NCBI RefSeq assembly: GCF_000007145.1
Contig: NC_003902.1
Coordinates: 2,486,497 to 2,518,496 of the forward strand
Length of the DNA stretch: 32,000 nt
Direction: 5' to 3'
Source of the DNA: Xanthomonas campestris pv. campestris str. ATCC 33913
GTDB taxonomy: Bacteria > Pseudomonadota > Gammaproteobacteria > Xanthomonadales > Xanthomonadaceae
Each line of letters starts with the position of its first letter. Positions within the stretch are counted from its first letter, which is position 1. This document shows, piece by piece, positions 1-5,941 of this stretch. Below the pieces are notes generated by a model. The model ran no database searches and had not been told where the DNA came from. It saw only the letters and a list, made by a program, of their open reading frames with translations. The position numbers were made by a program, and so were the translations under genes.

Positions 1-639
1 GACCGCATCCCCACGGAAATACGAACCCGTCATCGCAACCACATGGACCTGTCCACGGCCAATGAGTTGTCCGAGCTGCGTGCCTAGCTTGTTGTCCGGG
101 TTGCTACTGACATGGTGGAATTCATCAATGGCGATAAGGCGTCCGTCAAAGGCTTCGATACCGAATTCATCCACGGCGAAACGAAAGGTGGCATGAGTGC
201 ACACCAGAACCGGATCTTCGCTGGCCAGGAAAGCACCTACTGCCTTCACTTTGGACGGGGCTACCTTTCCGTTGTCCTCACCTGGCGCATTGCAAAGGTT
301 CCACTGAGGCCTAACCATCCAGTCCGCCCAAAAGCCCTGCTCAGACAATTTCTCGTCGGCAAAGCTGCCACCGATGGAACGTTCGGGCACTACGATGATG
401 GCCTGCTTTAAGCCCTGGTTCTTGATCTTGTCCAAGGCAATGAACATTAAGGCTCGGGACTTACCGGAGGCCGGGGGCGACTTGATCAGCAGGTGTTGCT
501 CGCCTCGCTTGGCATAGGCCTTCTCCTGCATCGGACGCATGCCCAGAGCATTGATCTTGCTGGAAGCACCCGTCTGTGCCGTCGCGATGGACACTGACGG
601 GACGGTGTATTTGTTGGTCGGATTGCCTTCCATGCTCAT
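1..639 (-). CDS. DEAD/DEAH-box SF2 helicase (type III restriction Res / YeeB-like), N-terminal 213 codons; 3' end runs off the left edge of the window
   Basis: Absent from the ORF track because there is no stop in the window. My translation of the minus strand from ATG 639 stays open to position 1. It reads MSMEGNPTNKYT...GMRPMQEKAY...LLIKSPPASGKSRALMF (Walker A)...LIAIDEFHHVS (DExH motif II)...VVAMTGSYFRGD (motif III). The ATG overlaps the TGA of the upstream methyltransferase fragment (ATGA at 636-639). Confidence 0.75.
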   Translation of the reverse strand, partial: MSMEGNPTNKYTVPSVSIATAQTGASSKINALGMRPMQEKAYAKRGEQHLLIKSPPASGKSRALMFIALDKIKNQGLKQAIIVVPERSIGGSFADEKLSEQGFWADWMVRPQWNLCNAPGEDNGKVAPSKVKAVGAFLASEDPVLVCTHATFRFAVDEFGIEAFDGRLIAIDEFHHVSSNPDNKLGTQLGQLIGRGQVHVVAMTGSYFRGDAV

Positions 640-1570
640 TTCTTAGCCTTCTTCTTTGGCTTGCCTTGGCCCGCCGTCATCTTAGTGTAGAGGTCGAACA
701 GCTTTTCCAAGCGTTCGGTGTCATTGCGGAAGCGCCGACCGATGTAGATCCGCTCCAGGACTTCGTCATTGCGCTCGTGGGCACGGAGAAGGTCATCCGG
801 CATATTATCAGGGCCGTAAAGATCGGCAATTGTGGCCGGATAGTGCGACTCTCGTGCAAGCAGAATGTCTTCCGCGCATCGAGTTAGATCCGCTTTGTTT
901 TGTTCAGTGAGAGTCGGCACCGGAAAGGTGTTCCAACCCAAAGTATTTGAGTAGGAATAACGCATCTCTAAGCGCACACAGACAGCCGCCACCCAGACAA
1001 GATGCATCTTTGACACAATCAGCGCAAAGTTCCAAAGAGGCGCGTCATACAGCGCAAACGCCTTGTTATGGACTATCGCCTCTTTCGACAGCAGAACAAC
1101 TGGCAGATACGGCCTGTTCTCCGAGCTTACAATCGGAACGACCAGCAAACTGCTTTCCGCTTCATATTGATCTCGGAAGCGCCACGGCGTCTCAACTAGC
1201 TTTTTTGCCTGAACATCCTTTGTCTTAGTTTTACGATCCTTGCGGACTTTTTCAACACGAGCCCATACAGCAGGGATTTCTTGCGCTAGCGCAAGGTTTT
1301 CGTCTGTAATCCACAAACACGTGCGGGGCGTGCCACTGATGCTCTCACGTGAGCCATACAAGGGACGTATAAATTCAGCAACCCGCGCATCTTCTCCTAC
1401 CATCCCGGACGCTTCATCCAGCGAAAGCATTAGCTCATTCGCGTAGTAAGGATGATTGCCAAATTGCATAGGTGCGCGCTCGTCTGGAACTTTGGATCGA
1501 GGTGAAACCAGAACATTGTCTCCTGGAACAAGATAAGGGCTTATATTAGAGACAGTGCGAACGGTAACTA
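636..1570 (-). pseudogene. C-terminal (TRD + C-terminal domain) fragment of an MmeI/YeeA-type class I SAM-dependent DNA methyltransferase; N-terminal catalytic half missing, cut by the IS at 1570/1571
   Basis: ORF 636..1595; its first ~8 codons (MKGVFQGRL) are read out of the IS inverted repeat. The rest matches my recall of MmeI-family C-terminal regions. Examples are LWNFALIVSKMHLVWVAAVCVRLEMRYSYSNTLGWNTFPVP and IADLYGPDNMPDDLLRAHERNDEVLERIYIGRRFRNDTERLEKLFDLYTKM. No SAM-binding or NPPY/F/W motif is anywhere in the fragment. Confidence 0.7.
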
Positions 1571-3076
1571 GTCGCCCCTGAAAAACCCCCTTCAAGCACC
1601 AAGTGTCATCGGCGACAGCGGCACGGCGCTAAAGGATGGCCATCCCATCGCCCGCATCCAGGCACGCAAAAACGCGATCCAGCGCAGCAGCCAGCGCAGG
1701 TTGTAGCCGGCGGCGCAGCCGAGTACGTGCAGCGCATCGCCTTGTGCACCTTTCAGCCTGCAGCGACGCAACCTGCAGTCGTCTTTCAGATGTCCGATCA
1801 CCGGTTCCACCGCCTGCCGTCGTTTGATCCAGCGCCATTGCCGTCGCGTCAGCGTCTTGGCCTTGCCACGATGGAGCACCTGCACGCCATCGACCTCGCG
1901 CCCGCGATAGCCCAGGTCCACGATCGCCACCGTCGGTTCTACGCTCAGATCCTGCAGCAACCCGCGTGTCTGCTCCAGCTGCTCGGCCAAGGTGTCGCCG
2001 TCGTACGGGTTGCCCGGGAAGCTACGCGCACCCACGACCAATCCCTTGCAGGCGGTGACCGCAATGCCGACCTTGACGCCGAATTCGTACGCTTGACGCG
2101 CCTTGCCCTTACCGATGCATTCCACTTCCGGGGCATGCAATGCGTACAGTTTTTGTTTGTCCTTCGGACGCTGCGTGTACAGCCGTTGCGCACGTTCCAG
2201 CCAGACCGCGATGCGCTCGCGCACGCCGGGTTCCACCTGGTCCAGCTTGCGCGCGATATCGCGCAACACCCGCCCCAAGACCGTGCGTTGACGTCGCAGC
2301 ACGCGCTGCATGCGCTTGAACTGGCGTGCATGCGCATAGCGGCCCGCCTTGCGGCTCAGGGCCGGACCTTGCCGTGCGTAGCTCTGCCGCAACCCGATGC
2401 CGTAACGCTTGGCCAGCAGCACCAGTTTCTTGCGTGCCACCTCCAGCAACCGACTATCGGTCGGATAGGCAATCGCCTTTTCCTGCACCGTGGTGTCCAC
2501 GATCACCCGCGACAACTCGCGTGCGTCCACCGCCTGCATGGCATGTGCAGCGTTGATGGTGTGTGCCAGCAACTCTTCCATCCCCGCTTCGTCAAGCCGC
2601 TGACGCCAGCGCGTCAGCGAGCTGGCATCGCACGGCAAGCGCGTCTGGAACACGACCTCGCCAGTGAAAAACTGCCAATACGGATTTTCCAGCCAACGCT
2701 CGCACACCGCCTCATCGGACAGGTCGTAGGCGTGTTTGAGGTAGAGCAAACCGGCGATCAGCCGCACCGGCAATGCCGGCCGACCGCCACCAGCCTGGGT
2801 GGCCGGCAAGCGCGATGAAAGTGCTTGCTCCAACGCCGTCCACGGCATCCGTTGGCTCAGCTGCGCCAGCGGATGCCGCAGATCGATCTGGTTCTCCAGG
2901 CGCGAACGAAACAACTCCTCGGCAGGCATGTGCTCGGCAGCAGGACGGCGTGTATGCATGAGTGGAAATTGCCAGAAACCAGCCTTCAGCGTAGCGAAAA
3001 CTGGTAGTTCTGGCACGCCGCTGCAGACATCAAGGCCTTGCGGGCGTTGGGTGATTGGGGGTTTTTCAGGGGCGAC
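1571..3076 (-). mobile_element. IS5-family insertion sequence (~1.5 kb), apparently intact
   Basis: Perfect 20-bp terminal inverted repeats: GTCGCCCCTGAAAAACCCCC (1571-1590) and GGGGGTTTTTCAGGGGCGAC (3057-3076). Each is abutted by TA (1569-1570, 3077-3078). A single transposase ORF lies inside. Confidence 0.85.
1592..2959 (-). CDS. IS5-family DDE transposase
   Basis: The track ORF 1592..3130 is 512 aa. I place the start at the internal ATG 2959 (MHTRRPAAEHMPAEELFRSRLENQIDLRHPLAQL) because the first 57 codons read through the IS end into the neighbouring IS3 remnant. It has a DUF772-type N-terminus (RPALPVRLIAGLLYLKHAYDLSDEAVCERWLENPYWQFFTG). DDE-region strings are VIVDTTVQEKAIAYPTD, VAIVDLGYRG and RQAVEPVIGHLK. 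Confidence 0.85.
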   Translation of the reverse strand: MHTRRPAAEHMPAEELFRSRLENQIDLRHPLAQLSQRMPWTALEQALSSRLPATQAGGGRPALPVRLIAGLLYLKHAYDLSDEAVCERWLENPYWQFFTGEVVFQTRLPCDASSLTRWRQRLDEAGMEELLAHTINAAHAMQAVDARELSRVIVDTTVQEKAIAYPTDSRLLEVARKKLVLLAKRYGIGLRQSYARQGPALSRKAGRYAHARQFKRMQRVLRRQRTVLGRVLRDIARKLDQVEPGVRERIAVWLERAQRLYTQRPKDKQKLYALHAPEVECIGKGKARQAYEFGVKVGIAVTACKGLVVGARSFPGNPYDGDTLAEQLEQTRGLLQDLSVEPTVAIVDLGYRGREVDGVQVLHRGKAKTLTRRQWRWIKRRQAVEPVIGHLKDDCRLRRCRLKGAQGDALHVLGCAAGYNLRWLLRWIAFLRAWMRAMGWPSFSAVPLSPMTLGA

Positions 3077-3274
3077 TACTTGGCCCGCCACTGATAAAAG
3101 CTGGCCGGGCTGAAACCATGCCGACGGCACAACTCTGCCACGGCCATGCCCGCGTCGGCCTGTTTGATAAACCCGATGATCTGCTCGGTGCTGAATCTGC
3201 TCTTCTTCATGTCCGTCCTCTTGGGTTCACGGACTTTATAGCTTCAGCTGGTACGGCTCAGTGGGGGCAGGTCA
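3077..3274 (-). mobile_element. IS3-family (IS407-group style) 5'-end remnant: terminal IR plus the first 44 codons of orfA, truncated by the IS5 element
   Basis: The minus strand starts TGACCTGCCCCCACTGAGCCGTACC (end at 3274, classic 5'-TG IS3 terminus). ATG 3210 then gives MKKSRFSTEQIIGFIKQADAGMAVAELCRRHGFSPASFYQWRAK, the HTH N-terminus typical of IS3 OrfA. The reading frame ends at the IS5 junction (3076/3077). Confidence 0.7.
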
Positions 3275-3467
3275 GCTGCAATCAAATCGAACACTTCACC
3301 CTTCTGAGTCAGCGTACAGAATGCTTTCAGTAGCAGTCATCAGGTTGGCTGCACTGTCGTTCAATGCGATGGATACCCGCAAAATCAACGCCAATGTAGG
3401 CATGTGTTGCCCCCGCTCGATCTTTCCCATGTGAGAACGCTCAATGCCGGCGAGGGTTGCCAGCTCT

Positions 3468-3475
3468 TCTTGAGA
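3468..3475. repeat. 8-bp target-site duplication TCTTGAGA (left copy) of the IS1595-family element
   Basis: TCTTGAGA lies immediately before the IS end CCTGATTAGCCC at 3476. An identical copy is at 4548-4555. Confidence 0.9.
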
Positions 3476-4547
3476 CCTGATTAGCCCTGACCTTCAGCCG
3501 CAAGTCGCAGGATCTGCGCCGCGCCTTGTGGATGCTGCTGTCACTCGAAGCCAATGAGGTGGCCTGATGAGCATCAATGCCGTGCAGTTCCAAGCGGGAT
3601 TGTCGATGCCTGAGTTCTTCGCGTCCTACGGCACCGAGGCCAAGTGTTATCGCGCGCTCTACAAGTGGCGTTGGCCGCAGGGCTTTCGTTGCCCTGTTTG
3701 TGCCGGGCGCGTGCGCTCGCGTTTCAAGCGGGGTGCTGCGATCTACTACCAATGCAGCGCGTGCCGACATCAGACCAGTCTGATGGCAGGCACGATGTTC
3801 GAAGGCACCAAACTGCCGCTTCGCACCTGGATGCTGGCGTTGCACCTGCTGACCTCGACCAAAACCAACATGGCCGCGCTGGAGCTGATGCGCCATCTGG
3901 GGGTGAACTACAAGAGCGCCTGGCGGATGAAACACAAGATCATGCAGGTCATGGCCGAGCGCGAATCCACGCGGAAACTGGCGGGTTTCGTGCAGATCGA
4001 CGATGCCTACCTGGGCGGTGAGCGCAACGGTGGCAAGGCTGGACGCGGATCGGAAAACAAACAATCGTTCCTGATCGCGGTGCAGACCGATGACACCTTC
4101 ACCGCACCGCGCTTTGTGGTGATCGAGCCGGTGCGCAGCTTCGATAACCCCTCGCTGCAAGACTGGATTGCCCGTCGCCTGGCGCCCGGGTGCGAGGTCT
4201 ACACCGATGGGTTGGCCTGCTTCCGTCGGCTGGAGGATGCCGGTCACGCGCACACCACACTCGATACCAGTGGCGGGCGTGCCGCGACCGAAGCAACCGG
4301 TGCGCGTTGGGTCAACGTGGTGCTTGGCAATCTCAAACGCGCCATCAGCGGCGTGTATCACGCCATCGCGCAAGGCAAATACGCAAAGCGTTACCTGGCC
4401 GAAGCCGCCTACCGTTTCAATCGTCGATTCCGCTTGCGCGAGATGCTGCCACGACTTGCCACGGCCATGATGCAATCCACACCATGTCCAGAACCGGTGT
4501 TGCGTGCAGCGAGCAATTTCCATGGCTGAGAGTCGGGGCTAATCAGG
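3476..4547 (+). mobile_element. IS1595-family insertion sequence (1072 bp), intact
   Basis: The imperfect terminal IRs are CCTGATTAGCCCTGACCTTCAGCC (3476-) and the reverse complement of the right end, CCTGATTAGCCCCGACTCTCAGCC (ending at 4547). It is flanked by the 8-bp direct repeat TCTTGAGA, which is the TSD length expected for this family. It contains one transposase ORF. Confidence 0.9.
3567..4529 (+). CDS. IS1595-family transposase (N-terminal zinc-ribbon + DDE)
   Basis: ORF of 320 aa beginning MSINAVQFQAGLSMPEFFASYGTEAKCYRALYKWRWPQGFRCPVCAGRVRSRFKRGAAIYYQCSACRHQTSLMAGTMFEGTKLPLRTWMLALHLL. The CxxC...CxxC zinc ribbon and following block are typical of ISXO2-like IS1595 transposases. The motif FVQIDDAYLGGE is also present. 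Confidence 0.9.
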   Translation: MSINAVQFQAGLSMPEFFASYGTEAKCYRALYKWRWPQGFRCPVCAGRVRSRFKRGAAIYYQCSACRHQTSLMAGTMFEGTKLPLRTWMLALHLLTSTKTNMAALELMRHLGVNYKSAWRMKHKIMQVMAERESTRKLAGFVQIDDAYLGGERNGGKAGRGSENKQSFLIAVQTDDTFTAPRFVVIEPVRSFDNPSLQDWIARRLAPGCEVYTDGLACFRRLEDAGHAHTTLDTSGGRAATEATGARWVNVVLGNLKRAISGVYHAIAQGKYAKRYLAEAAYRFNRRFRLREMLPRLATAMMQSTPCPEPVLRAASNFHG

Positions 4548-4555
4548 TCTTGAGA
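4548..4555. repeat. 8-bp target-site duplication TCTTGAGA (right copy)
   Basis: It directly follows the IS end ...GGGGCTAATCAGG (4547) and is identical to 3468-3475. Confidence 0.9.
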
Positions 4556-4687
4556 TATGTCGCGCGCAATCCGTGCGGCACGTACAGCCTTCCCGAACGC
4601 AATCGCCGGCTCAGCTTCATAGGTGGTGGCGCCCGCTGGGCGTCCTGGTTTCATTGTGCGCTTCTGCATCGGCAAAAGCGTCACGCA

Positions 4688-4719
4688 TTAAGCTTAACTA
4701 AACCACGTTAAACTTAACT
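4688..4719. promoter_or_regulatory. Candidate operator: two 12-bp direct repeats TTAAGCTTAACT / TTAAACTTAACT spaced 20 bp start-to-start, in the divergent XRE / LysR-SBD promoter region
   Basis: TTAAGCTTAACT is at 4688-4699 and TTAAACTTAACT at 4708-4719, with 11/12 identity. They sit in an AT-rich 88-117 bp divergent intergenic region, depending on which XRE start is used. Confidence 0.4.
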
Positions 4720-4771
4720 CTATGCATGATGTTTGGTGACTTTTCCCTTACATAGTCCGGAGGGGCAGACC

Positions 4772-5419
4772 ATGAACCAGAATTGTTGCTCGCGATTCAT
4801 CAGAGTTGCCGCCGCTCCAGCAGTGCTGTCCCCAGAGTTGGCTGATCTCCTTGCGCTTCAGCGAACAGAAGAGCCTGAAACACCTGTGCTATTGCAAGAG
4901 GTTACCCAGGACGTGCTCACGACTAGCATCCTCGGAGGAACCTACGATCTAGGCATCGGTTGGCCGGTAGCCACCGATGCCCTAGCCGTCCTGCCACTGT
5001 GGCGCGACCGATTAGCCATCGCTTTGCCCGCTCGGTCCCCACTGCTGGCACAGCATGCTATTTCATTACAGGTATCACTCAGTTATCCCCTGATTTGTTG
5101 GCATCCGAATCCTTGTGTTGAAGGGCTTGATACGGAGGCAGAAACGGATGATGGAAGCGCTCATCTATGCCGCATTGCAGTCACATCCTTCGATCTTCTG
5201 ACGGTACTCGTTGCGGCTGGCTATGGCATCGGTATTGCGCCGCAGAGCTACATAATCAGGGCCCGCAATCGAGGTATCGTCATGCGTCAGATCCTCGGCA
5301 CTCCTCAATGGGTTTACACCTATCTTTTTCGATCGGCTAATGCTCTCTCACCTGCAGTTGAAAGGTTTGTCGAGCGAGCGTCACGGGTAGCGATGTCCAA
5401 GGAAAACAAGCGCTCTTGA
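4772..5419 (+). CDS. LysR-type substrate-binding (effector) domain protein lacking the N-terminal HTH
   Basis: The track ORF is 4733..5419. I prefer ATG 4772 because of the GGAGGGG Shine-Dalgarno 8 nt upstream. The sequence looks like the LysR_substrate fold: RFIRVAAAPAVLSPELADLL...TYDLGIG...LPLWRDRLAIALPARSPLL...VTSFDLLTVLVAAGYGIGIAPQSY...LSPAVERFVE. No winged-HTH segment precedes it. The stop TGA (5417-5419) is made of the target T plus GA from the cassette IR. Confidence 0.7.
   Translation: MNQNCCSRFIRVAAAPAVLSPELADLLALQRTEEPETPVLLQEVTQDVLTTSILGGTYDLGIGWPVATDALAVLPLWRDRLAIALPARSPLLAQHAISLQVSLSYPLICWHPNPCVEGLDTEAETDDGSAHLCRIAVTSFDLLTVLVAAGYGIGIAPQSYIIRARNRGIVMRQILGTPQWVYTYLFRSANALSPAVERFVERASRVAMSKENKRS
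5413..5417. repeat. 5-bp target-site duplication CTCTT (left copy) of the Tn3-type cassette
   Basis: CTCTT lies immediately before GAGGGTCGGCAGGGATTCGTG (5418-). An identical CTCTT is at 8130-8134, immediately after the inverted terminus. Confidence 0.8.
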
Positions 5420-5508
5420 GGGTCGGCAGGGATTCGTGTAAAAAACAGTAAAAAGTGGGCTAACTTGCTGTTAGCCAAGAATTTTTTCACAGATTCTTGC
5501 CGACCCTC
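5418..5508. repeat. IR-IR mini-palindrome 1 (91 bp): two Tn3-type terminal repeats facing each other
   Basis: GAGGGTCGGCAGGGATTCGTGTAAAAAACAG...GGCTAAC faces the reverse complement arm GAGGGTCGGCAAGAATCTGTGAAAAAATTCTTGGCTAAC. There is a central palindrome GGCTAAC/GTTAGCC. Confidence 0.75.
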
Positions 5509-5698
5509 AATCCCGGCCGCGTGGACTCCGGAATAGTCCTTGCGTGCTCTGCTGTGAAGCCGGCGGCATCCGTCTATTACCTACCCTGCGGATTCTGTAA
5601 GTCATTCCGGCCTGGCCGTGGCCGACGTCCACAGGAGGAACGGGGGGGGGGCTCATCCCTACGACCAATGCCTAATTGCTCCACGCCGCGACCAGAAT

Positions 5699-5783
5699 GA
5701 GGATCAGCAGGGATTCGTGCAAAAAGCAAAAATAAGCCAAATCACAGTCAGCAAAGGATTTTCACGGATTCTTGCCAATCCTC
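5699..5783. repeat. IR-IR mini-palindrome 2 (85 bp), diverged copy
   Basis: GAGGATCAGCAGGGATTCGTGCAAAAAGC... faces the reverse complement arm GAGGATTGGCAAGAATCCGTGAAAATCC.... The same two arm types occur as in unit 1. Confidence 0.65.
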
Positions 5784-5890
5784 TACCAGCCCGGTTGGGC
5801 AGTGCGCATGAGCCAGACAGCGTGCGGATATCGTGCGACGGGCCGGAAAAGCAGAATGATAACTCCTCACTTTTTGGGTGTCGGGCATCA

Positions 5891-5941
5891 GGTGTCGGGC
5901 AAGATTCGGCTATCTTTTTGTACGAATCCCTACCGATCCTT
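5891..5941. repeat. IR-IR mini-palindrome 3 (~50 bp, compressed), abutting the effector stop codon
   Basis: GGTGTCGGGCAAGATTCGGCT faces the reverse complement arm AAGGATCGGTAGGGATTCGTACAAAAAG. It overlaps the TAA of the effector gene (5940-5942). Confidence 0.55.

Larger units (their letters stand above)
3296..4654 (-). pseudogene. XRE-family HTH transcriptional regulator gene split by an IS1595-family insertion (N-terminal part 4548-4654, C-terminal part 3296-3475)
   Basis: Removing 3476-4555 (the IS plus one TSD copy) restores one ORF of ~92 aa. It reads MKPGRPAGATTYEAEPAIAFGKAVRAARIARDISQEELATLAGIERSHMGKIERGQHMPTLALILRVSIALNDSAANLMTATESILYADSEG, with stop TGA at 3296-3298. This carries a canonical HTH_XRE signature (SQEELA...G..RS....IERG...P). 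An alternative upstream ATG lies at 4684. Confidence 0.8.

Noticed and set aside
1569-3078. TA dinucleotides on both sides of the IS5 element as a target-site duplication.
   Set aside because: Two base pairs are too short to be informative. The flanks also belong to unrelated genes, so the TA copies more likely reflect target preference at two separate insertion sites.
2960-3130. First 57 codons of the 512-aa IS5 transposase ORF.
   Set aside because: They read across the IS terminal repeat into the neighbouring IS3 remnant, so they cannot be part of the native transposase. An internal ATG at 2959 begins the conserved sequence.
3441-4523. 360-aa minus-strand ORF inside the IS1595-family element.
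   Set aside because: It is antisense to the transposase ORF, which carries clear zinc-ribbon and DDE-type motifs. It has no recognisable features of its own.
5509-5698. Possible gene remnant or ncRNA in the filler between IR-IR units 1 and 2 (also 5784-5890).
   Set aside because: No frame gives a recognisable peptide. I also see no group II intron, retron or riboswitch hallmarks, so it is left unannotated.
5418-5941. Possible CRISPR-like array, because a ~20-nt motif recurs several times.
   Set aside because: The copies are inverted rather than direct, irregularly spaced, diverged and unequal in length, and they match the cassette's terminal repeats. No cas genes are present.
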